A DNA stretch of 64,000 nt from Podarcis pityusensis. Lineage: Eukaryota. Position numbers and translations under genes: made by a program. The notes under the pieces were generated by a model, which saw only the letters and a program-made list of their open reading frames with translations, searched no databases and was not told the origin of the DNA. The stretch lies in the NCBI GenBank assembly GCA_964106645.2, contig OZ067043.1; one strand, written 5' to 3'. This document shows positions 39,767 through 51,150 of the stretch, one piece after another (the first letter of the stretch is position 1; every line of letters starts with the position of its first letter).

Positions 39767-40607
39767 CTACAATATAAACTATTGTTTGTACCTCATTCAA
39801 AATACCACCTCTGGGACTGAGTCAGGATAAAAGGAAAGTTGGCTAATGAAGAAAGAGAGAGAAAGTTGCATGGGTTCCAATGCTTTACATATATTTTTAA
39901 AAGGACACCTGATATTCTGAATCAAAATTCCTTACCCTACCCAGATGCTGTGAAGACTGTATCTACAAGATGGCCAGGTGCTCAATATTGTCCTGCCCAT
40001 TCATGAAGATCTTTAAACTTTTCTCTCCTTCAGGTGTAAGTCACTGGCAGGGGTCTATTGTATATTGTGTAGAATAATTGCAGACATCTCAGAAAACAAT
40101 AGTAAGTACCACTAGACTTTTCTCAGAAATGGCATAAAGCTTCTGTCCTAATGCCCTTTTGTTGACGTTGCCTGACTCCACAATTTCAATTATCAGTTGT
40201 CTACATGTGTATTGACAAAGTTCAAAAATGGGTTATATATTGCTAATTAAGATGTTGATTGTCACACAGTCATTCTCCTGATCAGCCAATCAATGCATAT
40301 ATTTGTATATTGCTTTTCCATATGAAAAATTCACTCATGGCAGTTCACAGCAAAAGTAAAACCCTATGCCACCTCCAAGGGTTGGGGAAAACCCCAGGAC
40401 AGTATTCTTTGCTTGTGAGTTATGGACTCAAGATCAGGCCTGGATGGTTTCTTGCTTATATATTTTTATCCCTTCTAATAACTATTTTGCTTTGCTAGCT
40501 TTTGAAACAGAAGGTTGAACTAGATAGCCCCCATGGTCCCTTCTAACTCTACTATTCTACGGTTCTAAGTCTTGTGCATTGCAAGCCTTTGAACGTCTGC
40601 TTAGAAA

Positions 40608-40737
40608 AGGGATAGCCAACATGTGCTGTCCATATGTTTTGGCCTGCAGCTCCCATCAGCCTCTGCCAGCATGCCAATGAGCAGGAACAATGGGAACTGT
40701 AGTCCATAAATCTGAAGGCACCACCTTGGCCACCCGT
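40608..40737. mobile_element. Degenerate copy of palindromic MITE family
   Basis: GGGATAGCCAACATG...CTCCCATCAGC...TGGGAACTGTAGTCC...TTGGCCACCC follows the same family pattern. Confidence 0.55.
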
Positions 40738-41573
40738 CTTAGAAGTAATCACCCATTGATTTCCATGATCAGTTGTGTATAGGATTTAAGCCTCCATTTT
40801 TGTTAGCAAATGCATAGTTAGTCCTTTTTAATAATAGCATATTTTCAGCTAGGCAGGAAAAACAGAATTTTCCCCGTAGTCCAAAACAAAATCACTGCAG
40901 ACGGCCTTTCTTCAGTTCTCCTTTTCAGTCCATTACTTGGTGCCTCTGTGCACAGTTGCAGATATGATCAGCAGATGAAAGCATTTTCCTTAATAATAAA
41001 TAGGCTCTAGTTACGCTGCACCTTTCTACAAACAAACATTCTGTCCTACCGCATTATGAGATCCAGTGATGTCATCTTATTTGTCTTCTGTTTCCTCTCT
41101 GTGTTTTGCTTCAGAGTGAGTTGCTCTACAATAGCATATTTCCAGCCCCCTGCCTTACACCTGGAGATTGATTGCTTTTGTTTTAGACTGGAACGCATCC
41201 AGAATTGCATAGCCTTGCCTGCCAACATGGCAGTTCAATATACTAATGCATCAGCTTTAATGTTTTGACTTTCTGATCTCTGGTACTTTGAGTTCAAGTC
41301 AGAGATATGTGCAAGTTCAGAGCAAGATGCTGAGTTTCAGTTATGGAGGGTCTAATTTTCCCGCTAACTTTATGGTTCATATGCAAAAAAGTGCACATAG
41401 GATAAAAAATATTTTCTTAGCCCATGAAAGTTGGGTTTTAAAATGTCAGTCTGGTAGGTAGGCTAAACGGGATGAATGATGTAGCTGTTCCACACGTCAC
41501 GGTTTTACTATTCATTCTGCATCAGTCAGCCAGTCCTACTTGTGCAAATGGAAAATGAAACAAGTTCTTAACA

Positions 41574-41697
41574 GCAGGGATGGGGAAACTGTGGTGTTCC
41601 AGATCTTGTTAGACTTTATCTTGCATTAGCCTCAGCCAACAGTCAGGAATGATGGGAATTATAGTTCAGCAAAATCTGAAGGGCCACAGGATACCCA
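41574..41697. mobile_element. Degenerate copy of palindromic MITE family
   Basis: CAGGGATGGGGAAACTGTGG...GATGGGAATTATAGTTC...GGGCCACAGG follows the same family pattern. Confidence 0.6.
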
Positions 41698-41828
41698 CGT
41701 CTAAAAGAATAACCTGTCCACTGGAGTGTCATATGAACCTTCATTTATTACAATTTGCCTTTGTCCAGAAGCATAAATTAACACACAAATGTTTATAAGT
41801 TTTCCAAAACTCTTGTCACGATAAACCA

Positions 41829-41958
41829 AGGATGGTGGATCTGTAGCCCTCCAGATGTTGGATTACAGTTTCCAGCATCCCTGACCATTGGCCATGCTGC
41901 TGCTGCCTGAGGTTGTTGGGAGTTCAAGTCTAGCATTTGTAGGGCCACAGGTTGCCCA
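41829..41958. mobile_element. Degenerate copy of palindromic MITE family
   Basis: GCCCTCCAGATGTTGGATTACAGTTTCCAGCATCCCTGACCA...AGGGCCACAGGTTGCCC resembles 42181-42316. Confidence 0.6.
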
Positions 41959-42180
41959 TTCTTCTAATGAACGTAGGTGCAGTCCATGTAAGTTCCTTGA
42001 AGACAACTATGAAACAATGGGATTGCATGTTTAGATAATACTTCTGTCTGTTTATAAAGTCCTCATTATTCTTATATGCAGTTAAGGTGAAGTGCAACTG
42101 TTATCTTTTTATGCAGCTGAAAAACATCTATCCTTTTGCATTTTTTTAGAACAGTTAAAGTGAGGGAACATCCAATAATA

Positions 42181-42316
42181 CAGGCATGGCCAAACTTGGC
42201 CCTCCAGCTGTTTTGGGACTACAACTCCCATCATCCCTAGCTAACAGGACCAGTGGTCAGGGATGATGGGAATTGTAGTCCCAGAACAGCTGGGGGGCCA
42301 AGTTTGGCCATGCCTG
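42181..42316. mobile_element. Palindromic hAT-type MITE (near-perfect hairpin)
   Basis: CAGGCATGGCCAAACTTGGCCC...GGGCCAAGTTTGGCCATGCCTG is self-complementary along its length. The TSD is CAATAATA / CAATAAGA. Confidence 0.9.
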
Positions 42317-42990
42317 CAATAAGAGGAACGTGCATGGCAACTGCTGAAAAACTGTTTATTATTCCAGCACAACAGTTTTCTAAAAGTAAGCTGCAGTTAG
42401 AAAGAGGGGTAGAATAAAACAACCAATAAAATAGTGAGAAAGAATAATTACTCCCTACAAATTTGTTCCAAATATCTGTTGCAAAATATTACCAAGGTTG
42501 TGTAGAAGAAGCATTGTGATTTTTTAAACTCAAGCAGGTCTTAGATCATTTATTTTTATTACAGAACAGCCCCATCAATTAATTTTAACTTCAGCAAAGA
42601 AAATATTCCAGTATTTTTTGTAATTTATTTTGTACTGAATAAGCTTTAACATTGTTTGGTAGACACAAAACTCTTTGGGACATATAATGGTTTATTCAAA
42701 CAATATTTTGTTACTAGTCCATATTAGTTTGTGGCTGATAGCCAAAGTTCTAAAATGCTTCTAGCTAAGGTCTGGTCTATGATACAGTAGAAAGTGATTC
42801 AGCTACAAACTGAAGGTGAGAGTTGTTGTTGAATGTTCCCCATATAAACACTTTTCTGCAGTTAGAAAACTAGCATAGTTGGGAGTGCACTGTGATAGAA
42901 CCCTGCTCCTTTATATACTAATTTGTTGCAGGGAATTTCACACATAAGGAAGCATTAAAAATGGTCTATCTTCTTCAGGTGAAATGATAT

Positions 42991-44330
42991 TGTGGTTCAA
43001 GGACCCGATCCCTGCAAAGTGGAATGAATACACAAGGACACGTGTTATAAGGTTAATGGGCAAGAAAAGGCCACAACTTTATTGATTACAGCAAGTGAAA
43101 AGGTATTGGCTTAGGCATTGGATTACGTCAGCTGACTCCACCCACTCAGAGAGGGGTGAGTCTAAAACAAGGGGGGTTTATTCACCAGTAGGTGGAGCCT
43201 GTTGATGCTAATCCAACTATAGGCTCTCCCCTGATGTCACCGAGGGTCGTGCCATGGCCTCCCGCCAAGCAGGCATCGGACAGAATACACGACCGCCAGA
43301 TTCCTTTAACGGAATACCCAAAAATTGAAGGCATAGGCCAGGGGTCTGCAACCCGTGGCTCCGGAGCCGCATGTGGCTCTTTTACACCTTTGCCGCGGCT
43401 CCGGGGCGGATACTAGCGAGGGGAGGAGGCGCATTGTGCACCCCGACACTCCCCACTGTGGCGGGCGCTGTACTGGCTGTGACGTTGCATGGGGGCGGTG
43501 CGTGCGTTAGTCACACACCGTCCCGACGTCACCTTCCCGCCCGCCCGCCCACTACATTGGAAGGGGCATGTACGCTGGTCACTGCATTGAAAGGGGGCAT
43601 GTACGCTGGTCACTGTTTTGAAGGGGAGTGAAGAACACACACACACAAAAAGGTAACTTGTTAATTTAACGTTTATTTCTATGAGGAGGAGTAATTCTGA
43701 GGGCTCAAACAAAGAAATAATAAAAAAGTGACAAAAAAGTTATTTTTATAATGACAAGTTTTGCGGCTCCCAGTTTTTTTTTCTTCGGAAACGGGTCCAA
43801 GTGGCTCTTTTTGTCTTAAAGGTTGCAGACCCCTGGCATAGGCGATGGCCACACCTAGCCCTTCAACATACCACAACACATTATTCCAATGCCTAACCTA
43901 CCCACCAATACCACGAAAGTTGTGACGATTGCTACGAGGTAGGCGAAAAAAACAAAAAGCCTAATGCCAAATGGAAAAATTCCTACCAGGCCCCCCGGAA
44001 AACCAGGGCGACCAACCTAAGGTCCATAGCAAGGCCAAAGAAAACTAAGACCCTGAGCTCAAAGGGAGTGAAGGGTGGGTGACTCGCGACGGGGCGACGA
44101 AGAGTGAGGCTGAGGAGGGGTTGGCACCGCAGCATTTAGGCTGCTGTACACGCCCCCTCGGAGGCACCTGGTTGGGTGCCTGCCAATGGGCGTGGGCGCC
44201 AGCCAGGTGAGTGGGAGGCAGGGGGCAACGCCCCCTGCTAGAGGCGGAGCTCGGCTCCCGCCCACAACCACTCCCCTCTCTTCCAGGAGGAGAGTCTCTA
44301 TCATGTCATCTGCTGCATGTGAAAACCACA
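42991..44330 (-). mobile_element. LTR-like or YR (DIRS/Ngaro)-like non-coding retroelement, ~835 bp without the hAT insert; class unresolved
   Basis: The termini TGTGGTT...AACCACA are inverted (TG...CA). A minus-strand AATAAA lies at 43078-43083, ~90 nt from the end. The element is GC/CpG-rich against an AT-rich intron. No convincing TSD was found. Confidence 0.6.
43339..43835. mobile_element. Non-autonomous hAT (Charlie-like) element nested in LTR-like element
   Basis: Perfect 15-bp TIRs CAGGGGTCTGCAACC / GGTTGCAGACCCCTG and a perfect 8-bp TSD GCATAGGC (43331-43338, 43836-43843). An internal ~31-bp tandem repeat lies near 43556-43626. Confidence 0.93.
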
Positions 44331-44374
44331 TCTCAAATTATCATACACTGATGCGTAAGAGATAGATTAGATTT

Positions 44375-44451
44375 AGTGGAAGACAGGAGTGCCTGGCGTG
44401 CTCTGGTCCATGGGGTCACAAAGAGTCGGACACGACTAAACAACAACAACA
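44375..44451 (+). mobile_element. RTE/BovB LINE 3' end
   Basis: GCCTGGCGTGCTCTGGTCCATGGGGTCACAAAGAGTCGGACACGACT followed by a (CAA)n tail is the characteristic BovB terminus. Confidence 0.85.
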
Positions 44452-44604
44452 TGCAGGTTTAATTTGTCTCACTGTACTAACTAAGTTTATGTCTTGACCT
44501 TCAAAATGTTTCTGAACAAGGGAAGATATCTAGTCCTTTGTAGGTGGGAATATGCCTATTAATATTTAGCTGTGTAGCAGAAATGTTTGTATAGAAAACA
44601 ATTA

Positions 44605-44814
44605 CAGTGGTACCTCGGGTTACAGACGCTTCAGGTTACAGACTCCGCTAACCCAGAAATAGAACTTCAGGTTAAGAACTTTGCTTCAGGATGAGAACAG
44701 AAATTGTGCTCCAGTGGTGCAGAGGCAGCAGGAGGCCTCATTAGCCTAAAGTGGTGCTTCAGGTTAAGAACGGACCTCTGGAACAAATTAAGTACTTAAC
44801 CCGAGGTACCACTG
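44605..44814 (+). mobile_element. Tc1/mariner MITE, family A
   Basis: TA|CAGTGGTACCTCGGGTTA ... TAACCCGAGGTACCACTG|TA gives perfect TIRs with a TA TSD. Confidence 0.92.
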
Positions 44815-45344
44815 TAAAGCCTAAGGACTGGTTACGTTCCTTAGCATAGTTGCTGTCAGTTGTTGATTCCCAGAAACATGCCATATCATGTGTGACTAGC
44901 TACTGATGAGTGTATTTTGCATTGTATTGGTTCTCTGACTGGAGAGTAATGTTAGTATGAATCCTGTTCACTCTGGATCTACCCCAGAAATGAGTCGCTG
45001 AGGAGGCTAGTTATGGTGGCAGCTGGGATGTTCTGCAAAATTATCAAGTGGAGTTTTCTCTTATAAAGGATCTAGTAGAACTTGTCAACATAATTACAAG
45101 GTCATCATCCATGGAACTGTGAAACTGGTTCATAAGCTTAATGGGTTTTAGCCTCACACTCCAACGCCACAGTTATAGAGAGTTTCAAAATAAGTTTCTG
45201 AGATGTTAGAATCAGTTGTTAAAGGTCAAAAATGTCATTTTACAATACATTTGTGAGTCTAGCAGCTCTTGGTATCCTGGCCAGGATTTCTCTGATGAAT
45301 AAGCCACCTTTCTGAAAAATGGGATCCTTCTGGATTAGATGGAC

Positions 45345-45790
45345 CTATCCTGTTGGATCAGACCAGAGACCCATCTAGTATTCTATTTTCACACTGGCTA
45401 ACCACATGGCTATGGGAACCCTTTTCCCACTAGTGATCTTCAGCATCTGGTGTTCAGAGAGATATCTCTCTTCTAATGTTGAAGGTAGTATCCAACCATG
45501 ATGATTAGTAGTCATTGACTGCCTTATCAATGAAGTTGTCTAAACCCCTTTGAAAGCTGGTGGCCATAGATGTATCTGGTGTTAGTGAACTCCACTTTCA
45601 TTTTGTCTGCCCTCAATTTTCCAGCACTCATATTCATTTAATGTCCCCAGGTTTTTGTATTAGGGGGGAGGAAAAGCTGCTCTCTATCTATTTTTTCATG
45701 CTGTTCGTAATTTTCTACAGATTCATCTTCTCCTCACTGTTTTTTCTAAATTAAAAAGGACTCAACTGTACTTTTGTTCATCCTGTGAAA
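45345..45790 (-). mobile_element. Old CR1/L3-like 3' fragment
   Basis: TGTTGGATCAGACCAGAGACCCATCTAGT...AACCCCTTTGAAAGC...TTTTCTAAATTAAAAAG resembles a reversed CR1 end but is highly diverged. A similar tail lies near 4940-5060. Confidence 0.45.
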
Positions 45791-46409
45791 GAGTGGAAGT
45801 GGTTAGTCTTTTAAAAAAGAAAAAGAAGGTGGGGTGTAAAATATCAGAATAGTGATTACCATGTGTATAATTTGTGGTGTTGTAATCTGAAGGTAACTTT
45901 GAATATATGGTCTCTGCCATGCGTGTTCTGCTGCAGAAATAATAGCATTGACTGTTGATGGAGGTCTTGCCTTCCAAGCAGCTTAATGGGAGAGTGGAAT
46001 GAGGTGGTTTTGGCATGCTACTTACTGTATTTGGATAATCAGAAGTTTTATACAAACCAGAAGTGCTGCTTGCATAGTGTACATAGGCTGACATACTGGG
46101 AAATGCCTTGTGAATTCAGATAATGTAAGCATTTTGGGCAATCACATTTTTGATGACAGATGCATTTCTGCAGTTGAATAGCTGGTGCAAGGAAAAACAT
46201 GGTGTGGACGTTATACGGCTGTTCTCTCTAAACCACAAATTTTTCACCATCTAGTTCACCAAAGATAAAGGCAAGCAATGGTTTTAGACCAAAGGAATGT
46301 TAGTGTTAGCTTAAACATTAGGAGGAGCTTCCTGATCACTTTAACTATTGAATAGGCTGCTAAGCAAGGCATTTTGTGGAAGTCTTTCATATGAACCTCA
46401 ATTGAGGCT

Positions 46410-46540
46410 GAAGAGAAGAAGAAGAAGAAGAGGAGGAGGAGGAGGAGGAGTTTGGATTTGATATCCCACCTTTCACTCCCCTTCAGGAGTCTCAAAGCGG
46501 CTAACATTCTCCTTTCCCTTCCTCCCCCACAACAAGCACA
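46410..46540 (-). mobile_element. 3' fragment of the same MIR-like SINE with (CCT)n(CTT)n tail
   Basis: GAGTTTGGATTTGATATCCC...GGAGTCTCAAAGCGGCTAAC is nearly identical to 50583-50640. Confidence 0.85.
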
Positions 46541-49500
46541 AACAGAGAAAAGATATTTGGCATTCAAGTCTCAGAGGAAGAGACATCTTGTAAGAATTGG
46601 ACAAGTTGGACTGCTCCCTTGAGGCCTTTTCTGCCCAGCCAATGGAGAATTGCTTCACAATTACCTTATGATGAAATCAGTTATGGAGGGCTGGACTGTT
46701 TTATCTGTTAAGGAAGCCTGAAAAATGGGCTTCTTCATCTCATAATGTCAAGGGAGCTAATTCCTTGTCAGATCCAGTCATACACACCATCTCACAGACA
46801 GTTGTTTGATTGTACCTATGTAAAAGTGAGTATAATTTAACTTTTGATTAACTACTTTCATACATCAGTGCACACACATAACATACATATAGCATTTTTG
46901 AGAGAACTATATGAAGACTATTAATGTTCACTTCCTCTTCAGGAATGAAACATGGAATTATATATCAAGTATTGATCCACAAAAAGGATTTTCATTTTAT
47001 TCATATTTTAAAAGTGCTTCTAATTGAGGCATGTGGTAATTGAATCTCAACTTTTTTAGAGCCTAAACTTTTTAGATTCTAACCACAGTTAGCAATCAAA
47101 GTGTTTTCTAAAATTATTTTGTTATGTGATACAATAAATCCCACAAAAGGAAGATGAAGCAATATGTCTTAATATATATGTTACTCTTAAATATTCTTAC
47201 AGTGGAATGCAGTTTAAGGACATTCTTTAGTTGAACAAAAAGAGAGAGAGAGAGAGAGAGAGGAAGATTTCATTACATTCAGCACAGTATGAGATTAAGT
47301 CAAAGTAGTTTTGCTAATTAAATTCAATTGCCATCCATTAGACCAATGGAATGAGATGAATCTACTATACAGCTGACACAGCACAGGTATGCAATTTGGC
47401 TAAATGGCTATTTCTAAACGACAGCACACACATTTCTCTGCTTGTTCCCTTTTTTAAGAGTTAGAATTTCTGCACGCACTCTGCCCCTGTTTCTAAAAAA
47501 GAAAAAAGAAGAAAAAGGAGCCTGCTGAAGGGCAAAGATATCAGTTTAAATAATCAGTCTCAAAGGACTATATGATAGCAACGAATCAGCTTGAAAGGGT
47601 GTACAAATTTAAGCTTACAAGGTTTGGAGTCAGTGAAAGGGAGACATAGGGTTTCTGGTCCCATTGGCTGTTTCTTTTTTTATCATTGATTGATATATGT
47701 TTTATTTATTAAAGGGGTCTTAATCAGCCCATAAACTTGCTGGGGCCAGGTTGTTTCTGCTGCATTTACCAACCCAGTATTATTAGCTGACTGTTTGCAT
47801 AATACTGAGAGAAATGATTTCAAATTCAGATAGTAGGCTGACGTTCTTGGCTTAACTTGATGTTTAAGGACATGCTATATTCCAGGATGAGGGGTTTCTT
47901 ACTCTGTTGAAATGACAGGAATACCATTCAGGCATTGGCCAAGACAAAATTTTGACAGCCAGCAAGCCTATAATGTTTCCGAGTGCGCAGATATACACGT
48001 CCTGCCAAGATGAAAATTGGCTAAAACCAAAAAGGATATTGGGGATTGACACTTTAGGAAGAAATAACAGAGTAGTACTTTGCATTGGTTTAAGAAATGT
48101 GATCCCTTGAACTGTTTTACTTCCTGGAATCCTATGAGCTAATGTGTAGTAATCAATCCGATTCCATTGTGAATGCTAACTGCCTGCAACATAGCACAGC
48201 GGAAGAAAAGTCAACAGAGTACTTGCACAATACAGCTGGCTATTCCCTACGTTGAAGCTGGATGCTGTGAAGTCCAAATGTGCATGCTTGGCCCCATCTC
48301 CTTGGAACGTTTGCGGGATGGAAGACTGAACCATTGCATCTACAAAATATGAATGCAATTGAGAGTTATACTGGATTTTCATGTTACCTATTTTTAGAAC
48401 ACAGCAAAGACTTCAGGGCAAAACTAGCACAATATAGCTGCTGGTGGGGAAAGCCCTAATGAAAGACATTAATTGAAGGGTGCCATTATTTTATAGCAGT
48501 TTTTCTTCGATGCTTTCCCTTGACGTAATTGTTATGCTGATATTTGTTGTTGTTCAGTCATGAATCTTTTGCATTGGTTATTTGTGGCTCACAGCTTGTG
48601 TGTAAACCAAACCACAAGCCCAGACTCAGGAGCATGGAGCAACCTAGAGCAAGGAGGACTTTTCTGCGTCAGCACACTGCTCATTCACTTTAAGTAATAG
48701 ATAAACATTAACTATATACTTTAACTTGAAGTGAGAACCAGGCCTTTGCTGCTCACTGTTTTCCCCGACCCCTCTTCTCTTTCTGAACACTGTTACAAGT
48801 TCAGATGAAAACAAGGAACAATATTATACATGAAATGCAACAGCAGAATACAGGGGCTGCAATTCTTTATGGCCCTCAGATTTTGCATCCCATTAAGTAC
48901 TGACACTATGATTAATTTATCTTAAAGGGTTACTTTTTGTCAAACAGTGGTGGCGATGGCGGTTGTTAACCCATATTCACTAGTGGTTAAGAGTGTGTAC
49001 AGCATTTATCAAAACTTTCTGCAGCTTCTTTCATCTCATTAGCATCTCAATCTCTATTCAGTAGTTGATGTCCGTTACAGCAAGAGTGCTCAGTTCTTGT
49101 TTTCAATAAGCTGGTTGTAAAATGTCAGACTGTCACTTGCAATATAAAAAAGCAAAAATGATGGTATTTGAAAAAAATGTTACAGCTCATAAAAACAAAT
49201 TGTAAAGACATGAAAGTGATCTTGGTATGTTTTACTTTTCAGGACAGTTTAGCACAGCTGCTTTAAATACCAGTTGTCTGGATTCCCACACTTCCCTACC
49301 AATGGAGAGGTTTACACAAGCATAATTTAAGTTACAATTACCCTAATTAACATCTTATTTGCATAAATACTTGAAAGCAGAGCAACAAAGAAATGCCTTA
49401 GAAGCTGAACCCCAGTGGAGAAATGTGTTTTCACTGTGTTTTGGAAAATATAGGCCATTATGTTTAAAGTTTCAGGCATAATAAAATAAACTGAAGTTCT

Positions 49501-50398
49501 ATGGTTAATATTTTTATTACAATTTGGCCATGCCCCTTTTTACTTACTAGGTGTTAAATTTGGGAGGGAATCTTGCAGGAATTCAAGACACATAAAACTG
49601 TCACACTTTTAAAAAAACTATTCAGAGATGACAGAAGCCTTCTCGTTGATCAAAAATAGCATTAATTTTCTTTTCTTTTTTTTGTATGAGCAAAAATACT
49701 GTGGGTGCCAGTCTAGTTCCAATCATATTAAGTGGTTGGACCATGAGAATCATGTTTGAAATATTTTCTTTCAAAAAATATTCATAGGAACTGAAGCTCA
49801 GTATTTAAAATGATAGTACAATGGAGTTATTTTCTCTTTTCTCAACTCTTAAAGTGAGATGTTTATAGCACTGTAGGCTGGGGCCCACTTTTGATTCTGA
49901 AAGTTTTTTCAGACTTCCTGAGGTCATTGCAAATACTGAATCCCACCTATCATATATCCTTACTCAGAAAAGGCTTTTCCAAAAGCAAAGGATCACAGGA
50001 TCTGAATTGCAGAAATGAAACACTTTGCTGCTTCTGGGGCCAAAAAATTAATTTTAAGTGTGACTTTAAATTTATAAAACTTGAAGAATACAATTGGAAG
50101 TAGGTGCAGATGAAAAATGTTAATTTTGAACTTCAGTGGAACCTCCGTCTTGTACATTTATATTTTGTGATTATTTCTTGAGTTAGCTGGTGGTACTTCT
50201 GATTTTTCTTATTTTATATTGCTGATGTATGTTATATTATTACTAGGTTTCCATTTAGGTACATCTTATTGTAATTGTTATGGCCTTTGACTAGCATGAA
50301 TTTTGTGATTATTGCTCCTGATATACCTAACTTAAGAGCAGCAGCTCAATTATAGAAACAATACTTTGACTGCTAATACAAACTGATCACAGGATTTT

Positions 50399-50580
50399 GG
50401 GGGAAGTGCTCAGTGGTTGAGTATCTCATTTGCATGCAGAAGGTCCTAGACTCAATGCCTTCAATTTCTAGGTAGGGTTGGGAATATCTTCTGTCTGAGA
50501 CTCTGGGGAGCCAGTGCCAGTCTGAGTAAACAATACTGAGATGGATTGACCAAGCCATTATGCCAGATTCCTACGTTCCT
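50399..50580 (+). mobile_element. tRNA-derived squamate SINE (Squam3-like)
   Basis: The head is GCTCAGTGGTTGAG...TTTGCATGCAGAAGGTCC, the body GCCAGTCTGAGTAAACAATACTGAG, and the tail TTCCTACGTTCCT. Confidence 0.75.
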
Positions 50581-50817
50581 AAGAGTTTGGATTTGATATC
50601 CCGCTTTATCACTACCCTAAGGAGTCTCAAAGCAGCTAACAATCTCCTTTCCCTTCCTCTCCCACAACAAACACTCTGTGAGGTGAGTGGGGCTGAGAGA
50701 CTTCAGAGAAGTGTGACTAGCCCAAGGTCACCCAGCAGCTGCATGTGGAGGAGCAGGGAATAGAACCTAGTTCACCAGATTACGAGTCCACTGCTCTTAA
50801 CCACTATGCCACACTGG
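50581..50817 (-). mobile_element. MIR-like tRNA/CORE SINE, full length
   Basis: The minus strand has an A box (TGGCATAGTGG), a B box-like GGTTCTATTCC and a core GGGTGACCTTGGGCTAGTCAC. The tail is GCGGGATATCAAATCCAAACTCTT. Confidence 0.82.
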
Positions 50818-51150
50818 GAGAGAAACAGACCTCTAGTTTGTAATGAATATACTGCCCAGGATAAAGTTAGAGTTTAATCAAAGGCTCCTGAAATAAGTAA
50901 AAGTGTTCCCTGCAGATTCTCACTTACTTCTAAATCAGGGCATCTTATACTTTTATCAAAATAATACCTTCCCCAAAGGAAGAAGGAAGACAAGGAGAAC
51001 TCGGTATGGGACTCCCTATACTTAATGTAACAGGCAGCCTTATCCTGTTGAGTAGTAGCTTGTGCTGCCACATCTAGTGCAGTATTCTGGCAGGCTGGCT
51101 AAGAGATTAGTACTCCATTGCAGTGACTCATAGGATTAAGGTGAAACAAA

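Noticed and set aside
42991-44330. Hammerhead ribozyme / retrozyme
   Set aside because: I found no CTGANGA...GAAA core with matching helices by eye on either strand. A covariance-model search would be needed to exclude it fully.
50399-50475. tRNA gene
   Set aside because: The tRNA-like head is degenerate and continues into a SINE body. The same applies at 29341 and 50745-50817.
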